Positions 30,917-40,875 of a stretch of 64,000 nt of DNA are shown piece by piece (position 1 is the first letter of the stretch; the number at the start of each line of letters is the position of its first letter). The notes beneath the pieces were generated by a model. The model did not search any database, was not told where the DNA came from, and worked only from the letters and a program-made list of their open reading frames with translations. A program made the translations under genes and the position numbers. The DNA lies in sequence record SRR31156797_3857; one strand, 5' to 3'.

Positions 30917-32200
30917 TCACATTCCGTAAAACTCAGGGAAGACCAATAGTGATACCAACACCGCTATCTGGATAGCAATAAATGGCATTACTCCACGGTA
31001 GATGTCCATCGTTGTTACTGACTTAGGAGCAACCCCCTTCAAGTAGAACAAACTAAACCCAAACGGTGGCGTTAAGAACGAGGTTTGTAAATTCATCGCA
31101 ACCAGAATAGCAAACCAAGTCATCTCGATACCCATCAGACTCGCGACAGGAGCCAGAATTGGAACAATGATGAAACAGATTTCCACGAAGTCGATAAAGA
31201 AACCAAGAATCAATATCACAATCATGGTCACAATCAGGAAGCCCCATTTATCACCAGGTATCGACAGCATCCACTCTTCAACCAGAATGTCACCACCCGT
31301 GTATGTGAACGCCATAGAGAACGCGGTAGCACCCAACAGAATAGCAAACACCATCGCAGTGACTTTTACTGTCTCTTTAGAAGCGTCATACACCATTTTC
31401 CAGCTAAACTGACGATAAAGTATTGCAAGAACAAGCGCACCTGCCCCTCCTAAAGCCGCCGATTCAGTTGGTGTTGCAATACCTGCGAATATAGAGCCAA
31501 GAACGACAATGATGAGTGCCAGTGGTGGAATAATCGCTTTTAGAGCTACAATTACTTCTTGTTTACGTGATATGGACTCATCACGCCCTATAGGCGCAGC
31601 CGCTTGTGGATTAAGCTTGGCGTAAATTAAAATGTAAGCAACATAAGCACCCACTAAAACCAGTCCTGGCCACAGTGCTGCGTGAAACAAATCCCCGACA
31701 GGCACACCCAATACATCACCCAACAAGATCAATACTATTGAAGGCGGGATGATTTGGCCTAACGTACCCGAGGCACAGATGGTGCCACAGGCTAAGCCTT
31801 TGTCGTAGTTATACTTGAGCATCACTGGCAGTGAAATTAGCCCCATTGCGACGACAGAAGCCCCTACTACACCTGTTGAAGCGGCTAATAACGCACCAAC
31901 CAACACGGTTGAAATAGCGATACCACCACGAACGCCACCAAACAGTCGTCCCATTGACTCTAATAGTTGTTCAGCCAAACGGGTTTTCTGTAATACCAAT
32001 CCCATAAAGACAAACAATGGCACCGCCATTAATACGGTGTTTTGCATGATGGACTGAATTCGATATGGCATGAAAGCAAACATCTCAATGCCTTCAGCCC
32101 ACACACCAAAAATCAGTGCAATTCCTCCGAAGGTAAAAGCAACGGGGAAACCTAAAAGTAGTGCAAACAGCGCTACAAAAAACATTACGATTCCGATCAT
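30917..32200 (-). CDS. TRAP transporter large permease (DctM)
   Basis: GTLGQIIPPS, ATPTES and TSFLTPPFG motifs. Confidence 0.95.
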   Translation of the reverse strand: MIGIVMFFVALFALLLGFPVAFTFGGIALIFGVWAEGIEMFAFMPYRIQSIMQNTVLMAVPLFVFMGLVLQKTRLAEQLLESMGRLFGGVRGGIAISTVLVGALLAASTGVVGASVVAMGLISLPVMLKYNYDKGLACGTICASGTLGQIIPPSIVLILLGDVLGVPVGDLFHAALWPGLVLVGAYVAYILIYAKLNPQAAAPIGRDESISRKQEVIVALKAIIPPLALIIVVLGSIFAGIATPTESAALGGAGALVLAILYRQFSWKMVYDASKETVKVTAMVFAILLGATAFSMAFTYTGGDILVEEWMLSIPGDKWGFLIVTMIVILILGFFIDFVEICFIIVPILAPVASLMGIEMTWFAILVAMNLQTSFLTPPFGFSLFYLKGVAPKSVTTMDIYRGVMPFIAIQIAVLVSLLVFPEFYGM

Positions 32201-32212
32201 TGTTTCGTCCTT

Positions 32213-32752
32213 TTACTTCGAGTCTTTAAAGTTGGTATGTAACAGCTGAGGATTTACGATGCGGTTTATACTGTGTAAGACCATCCCAATACCACTCATT
32301 GCCATAAAGAAGAATGCTACCGAAATCAGGCTTTTAATAATCCAGCGATGAGGTAAGCCACCAGGATCTCCTGAGGTTTCACCCAAAGCAAAGCTCTCTT
32401 TTGCGTAGTCAATGCCATAATACGCCACCAACAAACAGAAAGGTAAAAGCAGAATAAGCGTGCCTAACAGATCAATCACTGCCTGTGCTTTATTCGACAA
32501 ACTCTCATAGATAATGTCGACTCTAACGTGTCCACCCGCTTTTAACGCGTAAGGAATGCCTAGCATGAACACCGCCGAAAATAAGTGCCATTCCATTTCT
32601 TGAAAAGCGATGGAGACATCATTGAATGCGTAACGCATAACCACATCATAAACAACGTTCATGACCAGCAGAATAAATAAGATACTGGATAACCAACCGA
32701 GAAAATCGCTCATTCGATTAAACAGTCTTTCGATATAGATGAGACTTCTCAT
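32213..32752 (-). CDS. TRAP transporter small permease (DctQ)
   Basis: VVMRY, EMEWHL and HVRVD motifs; four TM segments. Confidence 0.92.
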   Translation of the reverse strand: MRSLIYIERLFNRMSDFLGWLSSILFILLVMNVVYDVVMRYAFNDVSIAFQEMEWHLFSAVFMLGIPYALKAGGHVRVDIIYESLSNKAQAVIDLLGTLILLLPFCLLVAYYGIDYAKESFALGETSGDPGGLPHRWIIKSLISVAFFFMAMSGIGMVLHSINRIVNPQLLHTNFKDSK

Positions 32753-32859
32753 TCCCGACTCCATGGAATTTGAAAGATATGCTCCGCTTAACGAGCTGTT
32801 AGCGGAGCTTAATTATGTTTTCTTGGGCTTCTCAACCGTGATGAATGACAGCGGTTGAA

Positions 32860-33957
32860 TTATTGTTGTTGTTCGTTGTTTAGATATGCACGCATAGAAA
32901 TGTCAGTCCACTGGCGAACATCTTTCAGATAGTTAGCTTGAGAGTCTTGAATTTCTTTCGCTAGCGCGTCTTTCGCTGCATGCTCAGCAAGCAAACGGTC
33001 ATTCGCATCACGTAGCGCCTTAATCACTTCTGGTGGGAAGTCCTTTACTTTCACGTCTGGGTATTCTGTTTTAATTGAAACCCAGTTCTTACCACTCTCA
33101 TGCACTGACTGTGCGTACATGTCATAAGCAGCCGTGCGCATCGCAATACGTAAAATTTCACGTAAATCTTCTGGTAGGCGTTCCCAAGTACGCTTATTCA
33201 CTAGGAATTGCAGCTCTGTTGCTGGCTCATGCCAACCTGTGTAGTAGTAAGGCGCGATTTTGTGGAAACCCATACGTAGGTCTAGAGACGGGCCGACCCA
33301 CTCTAGCGCATCGATGGTACGGCGCTCTAGCGAGGTATAAAGTTCGCCCGGTGCAATATTGGTAGGTTTCGCGCCTAGCTCAGCCAGTACTTCTCCAGCG
33401 AAGCCCGGGATACGCATTTTTAAGCCTTGCAGATCATCTAGTGAGTTGATCTCTTTTTGAAACCAGCCACCCATCTGAATGTCCGTGTTACCACCAGGGA
33501 AAGAAAGCATGTTATGTGGCGAGTACACCTTTTCCATCAGCTCCATACCACCACCGTGGTAGAACCAAGCATACTGCTCGGGCGCTGTCATACCGAAAGG
33601 CATAGAAGTGAAGTATAAAGTGTTTGGAACTTTGCCTTTCCAGTAGTAAGAAGCAGAGTGACCTAAATCGTACTGGCCTGATTTCACCATATCAAACACA
33701 CCTAATGGTGCTTTATGTTTGTTGGCAGAATCGATACGAATTTGTAGTCGGCCATTCGACATTTTCTCTGCCATTGCCGCCATATTTTTTGTTGCATCAC
33801 CAAAAATTGGGAAGTTAGGTCCCCAAGTCTCAGCAAGCTTCAAGCGATACACTTTTTCATCAGCGACGGCTGATGTTGACAACATAGCGAAACACGCCGT
33901 CAGCGCTACCATGCTTGTAGTCATCACTCGTTTTACAGATTTATGAATCAGACTCAT
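32860..33957 (-). CDS. TRAP substrate-binding protein (TakP-like)
   Basis: Signal peptide; SYYWKGK, QMGGWF, GLKMRIPG and EWVGP motifs. Confidence 0.93.
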   Translation of the reverse strand: MSLIHKSVKRVMTTSMVALTACFAMLSTSAVADEKVYRLKLAETWGPNFPIFGDATKNMAAMAEKMSNGRLQIRIDSANKHKAPLGVFDMVKSGQYDLGHSASYYWKGKVPNTLYFTSMPFGMTAPEQYAWFYHGGGMELMEKVYSPHNMLSFPGGNTDIQMGGWFQKEINSLDDLQGLKMRIPGFAGEVLAELGAKPTNIAPGELYTSLERRTIDALEWVGPSLDLRMGFHKIAPYYYTGWHEPATELQFLVNKRTWERLPEDLREILRIAMRTAAYDMYAQSVHESGKNWVSIKTEYPDVKVKDFPPEVIKALRDANDRLLAEHAAKDALAKEIQDSQANYLKDVRQWTDISMRAYLNNEQQQ

Positions 33958-34313
33958 TGTTCACGTCCTTTTGTTATTGTACGTCGCTTTAGCGCCATCC
34001 TGTTCTAAAGTTGGCACCAGCACTTCAGTTCAATAACACTTTGAGTGAACTTCACTCGATATGATATGAGCATGATTACGCAATCACGTAACATGAAAAT
34101 CATGAGTTAAAACTATCGTCGTAAGTATAAACACGTAAGAAATAAGCGATGAAGAATTTTAATGACTTGAATTTAAAGAGCTCTAATATTAAGAACATTG
34201 AGATACTTTCAGAAACTACGTAGACATTATCCCAGACGAAAACTTTTCCTATTGTTTTCAAAATTGTGACAAAGGCCTACAGACCTATCTTAGAATTGAT
34301 AGCATCAAGACAT

Positions 34314-34347
34314 AAAAAAACCTCGTTTTTGATAACGAGGTTTTTTT
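34314..34347 (-). terminator. Intrinsic terminator after the K/A-rich gene
   Basis: AAAAAAACCTCGTT/AACGAGGTTTTTTT. Confidence 0.85.
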
Positions 34348-34367
34348 ATCAACTTAGAAAGTAATGA

Positions 34368-34739
34368 CTACACTGCTTTGTAGATTACTTTGTTTGCTGC
34401 TAGTTGTTCTTTAACTACTAGATTCTCTTCCAGTAGTTTTTTCAATGCGCCAGTTGCCCAAGATGCCGCTTTTGCGTCTTCTTGTCCTGCAGCTAAGCCA
34501 ATTGATTTAGGATTAATGCCTTCCGCGTTGCTTGCAACGATATCAAGAACTTGTTGTTGTTTAGGCGTTAACGCTACATCAACTGTCTTTGCTACAGCGG
34601 CTTTCTCTGCTACCGGCTTAGCAGCTTTTTTTGCTACTACTGGTTTCGCAACTGCCGGCTTTACAGCTTTGTTGGCTGAAGTTACTTTGATGCGCTTTTG
34701 CAATTTTGCCTGCACGTTACGCTTATGAGCAAGTCTCAT
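34368..34739 (-). CDS. Lys/Ala-rich basic protein with C-terminal winged-helix-like domain
   Basis: GGAG RBS 9 nt before ATG at 34739; AKKAAKP-type repeats, then LTPKQQQVL..GINPKSIG..LKKL.E.NLV. Confidence 0.8.
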   Translation of the reverse strand: MRLAHKRNVQAKLQKRIKVTSANKAVKPAVAKPVVAKKAAKPVAEKAAVAKTVDVALTPKQQQVLDIVASNAEGINPKSIGLAAGQEDAKAASWATGALKKLLEENLVVKEQLAANKVIYKAV

Positions 34740-34959
34740 TGAGTATGTCTCCATTTCACTGCTTTGGCCGCAGTGGTCAAAATTTGAAGCGCGTTTTATA
34801 CCAAAAATTAGTCGTTATTTGTAGGGTTAAGGTCAACTTCTACCGCAAAAATGCACTGATTATGCGTTTATGTCTACAATTTATACAAACAAGCGAAAGC
34901 TCACACAGTTGCACTACTGAGAATAAATACAGGCATTATTTAAGGAGCATGTTGGTTTA

Positions 34960-35634
34960 ATGCGCACCATTCACTTCGCCAATCATCATTTTGATCTCAC
35001 ATCCCGCTATGCAAAATTCATTGGCATCGCATCATTGATTATTGCGCTGGGTTTTATTGTCTGGGCGCCTAACTGGCAACAATCGATCATCGCTGTGATC
35101 GGTATTATTACACTCTTAACCACAGGATACTGGCTAATTCGTAAGAGCCGTGTTGGCTATACCTTTACACCCACCCACATTCAGCAGCATCTGTTTCGTG
35201 GTGGCTGGGTACTGAAATGGAACAACATCAGTAAAATTGGAGTCTGTACCTTCGAACAGGATGGATGGCATCAACCTCTACCATGGATTGGAATCAAACT
35301 TAAGTGTTATACGCCTTATTTAGACAGTATTTGCCCAAGAATTGCGTCAGAGATCCTGCTCAGTCAGCGCGGGTTACTGTACTTAGGAGCAAAACAGAAA
35401 CACCAAGAAGTTCACTTTGAAGATATGGTTCTCGATTCCAAACCATACAGCGAGAACAAAACCACAATCTATACCGGATTAATGGCGATGTTAGCTAACC
35501 GAATGAAATACCAACGTCGATACCACGATTATGACGTGTTTATTTCCGCCAATGATCTGGACAGAAGTGCTGAAGAGTTTGTCGGGTTGGCTCGACGCTA
35601 CCTGGCCGCGGCCGAGCCAAATGATGAGGCTTAA
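34960..35634 (+). CDS. Membrane protein, probably DUF2982 family
   Basis: Two N-terminal TM helices; LPWIGIKLK and GLMAMLANRM; AAGGAG RBS. Confidence 0.7.
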   Translation: MRTIHFANHHFDLTSRYAKFIGIASLIIALGFIVWAPNWQQSIIAVIGIITLLTTGYWLIRKSRVGYTFTPTHIQQHLFRGGWVLKWNNISKIGVCTFEQDGWHQPLPWIGIKLKCYTPYLDSICPRIASEILLSQRGLLYLGAKQKHQEVHFEDMVLDSKPYSENKTTIYTGLMAMLANRMKYQRRYHDYDVFISANDLDRSAEEFVGLARRYLAAAEPNDEA

Positions 35635-35648
35635 AAGTCTACAATGAT

Positions 35649-36305
35649 TTAGTACAACGGCATTTCATCAGCCACAAATGGATTGCTGGCTCTTTCGTAA
35701 CCAAATGTCGATTTAGGGCCGTGACCAGGGATAAAGGTCACATCATTACCTAATGGCCAAAGCTTCGTTTTTATCGAAGTAATCAGCGTATTGAAATCGC
35801 CCTGCGGGAAATCTGTGCGGCCAATACCGCCATTAAACAACACATCACCAACAAAAGCTAAGCGCGCTTCTTCGCTATACAGCACAACGTGTCCGGGCGT
35901 ATGCCCTGGGGTGTGAATGACGTTCAAACGTTGGTTACCAAAACTCACCGTATCACCTTCATCCAACCATAGTGTCGGTTCAAATGCTTCTGTCAGTGGG
36001 AACCCGAACATTTGGCTCTGTCCTTCTAACCCTTGCAGCCAGAAGCTATCCGCCTTATGAGGCCCAACAATATCCACACCTTGTAGCTGCTCAGCCAGCG
36101 CTTCTGTACCGCCCACGTGATCCAAATGCCCATGAGTAAGAACCAGATGAACCACGTTCACACCAAGTTGATCGATTAGCATTTTCAATTGCTTAACGTC
36201 ACCGCCGGGATCGACAACCACGCCTTCCATGGTTTCGTCGCACCAAACAATGGAGCAATTTTGAGAGAAAGATGTCACAGGAACGACTTGATATTGTAAA
36301 GACAT
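35649..36305 (-). CDS. ycbL: MBL-fold metallohydrolase (YcbL/GloC)
   Basis: THGHLDHVG, HTPGHTPG, GD.LF and PGHG motifs; ycbB-ycbK-ycbL order. Confidence 0.88.
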   Translation of the reverse strand: MSLQYQVVPVTSFSQNCSIVWCDETMEGVVVDPGGDVKQLKMLIDQLGVNVVHLVLTHGHLDHVGGTEALAEQLQGVDIVGPHKADSFWLQGLEGQSQMFGFPLTEAFEPTLWLDEGDTVSFGNQRLNVIHTPGHTPGHVVLYSEEARLAFVGDVLFNGGIGRTDFPQGDFNTLITSIKTKLWPLGNDVTFIPGHGPKSTFGYERASNPFVADEMPLY

Positions 36306-36370
36306 AAAACAACCTTGTTCGATAAACGAAATTGCCCCGAACTATGCCATTGAAGCCTTACTTTGACAAG

Positions 36371-36919
36371 TTATGCGCCTTGCCAGCGACGTACCGGCCC
36401 AGTATCTATATGTACAAAGCCACTGCGCGGATAATAACCCACCCCACCCGCTTTTAGGCTTAATGCCGCTTCATGGACAGTCTTCAAACTGACGCCATCA
36501 AGGCGGAAGTCAAAGGCTTTACCCAACATGTGATAGCTCTTTTTGGCAACACCTTTTGAGCCATTACGAAGCATTTCATTGGTGGCCGGAGAGCGATAAC
36601 CAGAAATAATCTGAACTTCAGCCTCACAACCAATTAGCGCTTGAATACGGCTTATTTGGTCAAACAAGCCTTTATCCATAGGATAGACTTCGTTACGGCG
36701 GAAATCTCGGCAGATATGATTTAAACGTTTCAGCTCAGAACGTACATACCTATGGCCGTTAAAATAACGACTTTCGAGTGTTTCGCCAGTATGAAGGTTA
36801 TTCATCGCTAATACTCGAGGTTCATCAGGATAAGAAGCTTGAGCAATGTTTGGTACACATGCAGCCACGACCAGACCACTCCCTGCTAACTTCAAAAATT
36901 CTCGACGAGATACGTTCAC
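36371..36919 (-). CDS. mepK: Peptidoglycan endopeptidase, M15 family (YcbK/MepK)
   Basis: Tat motif SRREFLK; ISGYRSPATN, SYH..G.A.D and FVHIDTG motifs. Confidence 0.88.
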   Translation of the reverse strand: MNVSRREFLKLAGSGLVVAACVPNIAQASYPDEPRVLAMNNLHTGETLESRYFNGHRYVRSELKRLNHICRDFRRNEVYPMDKGLFDQISRIQALIGCEAEVQIISGYRSPATNEMLRNGSKGVAKKSYHMLGKAFDFRLDGVSLKTVHEAALSLKAGGVGYYPRSGFVHIDTGPVRRWQGA

Positions 36920-37117
36920 TACTACACCTATACATCTGACTACGTTACGAACTGAGCGCGCAAGTTAACGAACTCCCTCTCGAAGGTCAAATGCATATTT
37001 TGTGCACAAAACAATAATTGAAGCGTATTTTTATGCTTATTTATTGAACAAAAAGGAAAAATTAGTTTTGTAAATTTTGGGTAAAGTTCACACTAGAAAT
37101 TTAGCGAGCTATCCGAG

Positions 37118-38677
37118 TCACCCATTACTCCGGTTTTTGGAATCAAGGCGGTAAATATCGTCCCTATACTGCAAACTGCCGCCCTCATACCATACCGTTT
37201 GATAAATAATATGAACGGGGATCCTCTGCTTTAGTGCTATCGACTTATTCTGAGGTTTTTGTTCATCTCTCAACTTGGACTCATCCATACCTTGTGTCTC
37301 AAGTAATTTCGAGGCGAACAACGAAGCATCTTGAACCCGAATACAACCCGAGCTGAATGCTCTGGAAGCATTATTAAACAGGTGTTTACTCGGAGTGTCG
37401 TGCAGATAAATAGCCCGACGATTTGGCGTATTGAACTTGTATAGCCCCAACGCGTTTTGTCTACCGGATTGCTGACGCATTCGATATGGGAAGGTATCGG
37501 GATCGACATTCTTCCAATCGATACTCTTCGGATCCATGACTTGGCTAGAATTCCAGCTTTTAATGATATCAATATGGTGACGGCTGAAGTAATTCTCATC
37601 GCGCTTAGCGAGCGGCAGGATATCTTCCACCATGATTTTCCTCGGTACATTCCAAGTCGGATTTAAAATCACTGAATCAAGTTTGGTCGACATCAAAGGC
37701 GTTGGCCGAGTTACCCTACCCACCACAACTTTTGATGAGAAGACGGCTTTGCCTGAATGCCAATACTTGATATCAAAACCAGGAATGTTAACCACTATCA
37801 CAGTATCTTCAGCTTGCACCCATAAACGGCTTCGCTCTGCATTTAATGCTAAAAGAGACAACCGACTCTCTACGGACAAGTTCAACCACTTCAAGGTGTT
37901 TGGACCTATGATCCCATCCGCATTTAGACCATGCATACGTTGGAAACGTTTCACCACTCTGACTAGCGAGCCATCATACCAAGTGACAGCGTCACTCACA
38001 CCAGACATATCAATCCCGACCAGTGTAAGCCTTTGAATCAGTAAATCGCGGTCGTTTAGTCGATCACCCGGTTTGATGATGCCACTTTGACGGTAGCGAG
38101 GAATGTCTGCCTGTTCCATATTAAGCAATGCATGGTAGGCACTCATCAATGGACGATAAGATGTGTCATTCGGGGTATAAGACTGGATCAGTTCGCCAAT
38201 ACCATTGGTATCCACGGCAACTTCCAGCGAGACAAAAGCATTTTCGCTGGGCTGTGGCAATGCCTCGATCAATCGCTTATCTTCAAAGAACCATTGCTGG
38301 CCGATGATCGCTGCATGCTCTGCGTAACTCAGATACATTATCAATGTATCTGTCGCTAGCAAATCATATTCAAACCAGGCGTTACGATTTCTGTATGTTT
38401 GAAGATAACGTAACCGACGGTCAAATAAAGGACTGAACCCTGCTCGACGAATCACATCGAGCTGCTGTTCAAACTTTTGCACGATTGCTAAATCGATCCA
38501 GATCAGCTGATCATTATTTTCACGATAAACGTGTGCGACCCTATCGGGGTAATTAAGCAAAGTTAACACCGTTGAATTAGGTTCTACCCAGCCTAACTCT
38601 GAAAACCGTTGCTCACTTGCAGGGACACTTAAGCTGAATACTATCAATAACCCTGCAAAAAAACGCATATACTTCAT
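37118..38677 (-). CDS. ldtD: L,D-transpeptidase (YcbB/LdtD-like)
   Basis: PG-binding FQRMHGL.ADGIIG; NPTWNVP; IYLHDTP..SSGCIRV. Confidence 0.88.
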   Translation of the reverse strand: MKYMRFFAGLLIVFSLSVPASEQRFSELGWVEPNSTVLTLLNYPDRVAHVYRENNDQLIWIDLAIVQKFEQQLDVIRRAGFSPLFDRRLRYLQTYRNRNAWFEYDLLATDTLIMYLSYAEHAAIIGQQWFFEDKRLIEALPQPSENAFVSLEVAVDTNGIGELIQSYTPNDTSYRPLMSAYHALLNMEQADIPRYRQSGIIKPGDRLNDRDLLIQRLTLVGIDMSGVSDAVTWYDGSLVRVVKRFQRMHGLNADGIIGPNTLKWLNLSVESRLSLLALNAERSRLWVQAEDTVIVVNIPGFDIKYWHSGKAVFSSKVVVGRVTRPTPLMSTKLDSVILNPTWNVPRKIMVEDILPLAKRDENYFSRHHIDIIKSWNSSQVMDPKSIDWKNVDPDTFPYRMRQQSGRQNALGLYKFNTPNRRAIYLHDTPSKHLFNNASRAFSSGCIRVQDASLFASKLLETQGMDESKLRDEQKPQNKSIALKQRIPVHIIYQTVWYEGGSLQYRDDIYRLDSKNRSNG

Positions 38678-38745
38678 ATAACTACACCCAACTCGACCAC
38701 CTATTATTGATTATGGCAAAGAATTGGGTGTTTGTTATGACAATA

Positions 38746-39831
38746 CTAAGAAATTGCGGACCAATGATTATCCCATTGAACATTGGACACGGTAGTGACC
38801 GCTTTCTCTGGATATTCACTGGTGACAACTTTCGCCGCTCCAGAGCTCACTTGGAACTTGTTGCCATGCACCACAACACCCGAAGCATCGGGTAATGGCG
38901 AAAGTTCAACCAGTTTTCTGGTCTGCTTTGACCAAATTCCATAGCAATTCCCTCGCGGCGATGTCGCCAATATCCATTCGCTGGTTGCCGCAATACTGGC
39001 AATGTAATGGTTGAACCTTGCCCACTGTTCTGGCTCAGCCAACATCGGTAACATCTCGCCGCCCCGAGTATGCATCGCTAATAGCGATGCTGTATCTGAA
39101 GGTTCACCACGATACTGTTGGCCACACAGAACAGTATTACTGCCATCATGAGCAAGATGGCGAATACTAAGATGATGGTCAGGAAGCGATACTCGATCCA
39201 GCAGATCACCGTGAGGAGAAAGGTAAGTCAGAGACGGACGCATCGAGTCGATATTAAGAGGTTGACGCCCATTAGTATGAACCCCGCCCACACCAATCGC
39301 TAAACTATCATCGGGCATAATAATGACTTCATGCGGCCCGATACCAAAGCCGGAAAACTCAGCCACTTTTTGGTAGCGATTTTGCACATCATACACACCG
39401 ATAATCCCACGACTGGTGCCTCTGTCCCCTTCTGTGGCATAGAGCCAAGAGCCGTCGTTAGAATATACGCCATGACCATAAAAATGACGCTGAGGACCTG
39501 AAGGATGCAAATACAGCATCTCGCCACTCTGATAGTCGAACACCATCATATACTCACCAGGTCGTCGCCCAAAGGCAACGGCCTGAGTATCCTTAGGATG
39601 GATTGCAACGCCATGTCCCCGCGAAGGCAATGGGAGTTGCTTAATTGCTTGACCACGACTATCCGCAATCACTGCACTGAATTGATTGCGTTCAGTTAAG
39701 GCACAGCCAATTAAGGCCGGCTGCTGATTGTTTGAACTTGGCTGACTTGCACAACCAAACGGAAGAATGGGAGCAGAAGCTCCCAATAGTGCGGCTTTTA
39801 AAAGCGTGCGGCGCGTGTTATCAGTCACCAT
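38746..39831 (-). CDS. Tat-exported beta-propeller-like protein (DUF1513)
   Basis: TRRTLLK plus lipobox-like PFGC; RHFYGHG, GIGPHE, LSIRHL and terminal WDNH motifs. Confidence 0.85.
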   Translation of the reverse strand: MVTDNTRRTLLKAALLGASAPILPFGCASQPSSNNQQPALIGCALTERNQFSAVIADSRGQAIKQLPLPSRGHGVAIHPKDTQAVAFGRRPGEYMMVFDYQSGEMLYLHPSGPQRHFYGHGVYSNDGSWLYATEGDRGTSRGIIGVYDVQNRYQKVAEFSGFGIGPHEVIIMPDDSLAIGVGGVHTNGRQPLNIDSMRPSLTYLSPHGDLLDRVSLPDHHLSIRHLAHDGSNTVLCGQQYRGEPSDTASLLAMHTRGGEMLPMLAEPEQWARFNHYIASIAATSEWILATSPRGNCYGIWSKQTRKLVELSPLPDASGVVVHGNKFQVSSGAAKVVTSEYPEKAVTTVSNVQWDNHWSAIS

Positions 39832-40852
39832 CTGTAGCATTAAATCCTATAACAACACCTAACTCTACCGATACTTCGTCATGCAACAGATACTTAAGTT
39901 GATCCATTTTGTTGTAGACCGAAAGTGTCTCTCGGTAGCCTTCTTTCGTCTGTAGCATATCGAATAGGCTTGACTGTTGCGGCCATGTTTCTATCAGATT
40001 GGCATACTGCGATTTTACCCTATCTGCGAGATCGATAAGATCTTTTTCGCGTAGCATCTTATCTAAACCGTTCCCGTCTGCCAGATACAAGGCTTGCATC
40101 GCTTCCACGTTCGCTTTCAGGTTTAGCATTGACGTTTTTGAACGCCAAGATTCTGAGAAGTAAGGACGAGGCTGACCGATATTCGCCAGAGGGCGAGACA
40201 GTTTTGACATGCTGAACTCAAGCTGATTCGACAACAGCGCAATGTACTCCGATGTCCATGTCTGTTGATCCAACGCTTTCCAAGGATTAACACGCCACGC
40301 GGTTTCTATCAGCTCCGCTTTATTAGCTAAATTCTGACTGATTGCGATAGCAGAATTACACGCTTGCTCTTTCGACGTTAACAGAGGTGACTGGACGTCA
40401 TACAGCAACCATTCAATCGCGCCTAAACCTTGAACAGTCACACTGTTGTTGGCAATTTCTGTTGCGCTCCACACCTTATCTTGTTTGGTTATCGCCGTCA
40501 TTTTGCGTCCGGTGGTGTTCTTTTTATCCGGCCAAAACTGAACATTCCAACTTTCTGCTAACGCGTCTGCCGGGCCTCGTTCCTGGCCCTGTAACGCCAT
40601 CCAAGCAACCATGGTTTGATGCCATTGTTGCTGCAGTGCCTGCACATCAACGGAAGATGCTTCACAGTACTGCTCAAAACCGAGCTCTAGTTTCTGAGCT
40701 TGAAGCGACAATGCATTAGCCGCTTGGTATTCAACCAGATATACAGCTTGGCTATTATGCGCTGTCCGCTCAGCCTGCGAAGAGAACAGAGTAGTTTGGC
40801 AAGCTGTTAACGCTAAACAAACAACGCTAGGAATTACATATTTGAAGGTCAT
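39821..40852 (-). CDS. Imelysin-like lipoprotein
   Basis: Lipobox LTAC; QFWPDKKN, GLGAIEWLLY and terminal GFNATDGD. Confidence 0.85.
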   Translation of the reverse strand: MTFKYVIPSVVCLALTACQTTLFSSQAERTAHNSQAVYLVEYQAANALSLQAQKLELGFEQYCEASSVDVQALQQQWHQTMVAWMALQGQERGPADALAESWNVQFWPDKKNTTGRKMTAITKQDKVWSATEIANNSVTVQGLGAIEWLLYDVQSPLLTSKEQACNSAIAISQNLANKAELIETAWRVNPWKALDQQTWTSEYIALLSNQLEFSMSKLSRPLANIGQPRPYFSESWRSKTSMLNLKANVEAMQALYLADGNGLDKMLREKDLIDLADRVKSQYANLIETWPQQSSLFDMLQTKEGYRETLSVYNKMDQLKYLLHDEVSVELGVVIGFNATDGD

Positions 40853-40875
40853 AACACACCTATCAACTAAAATTT

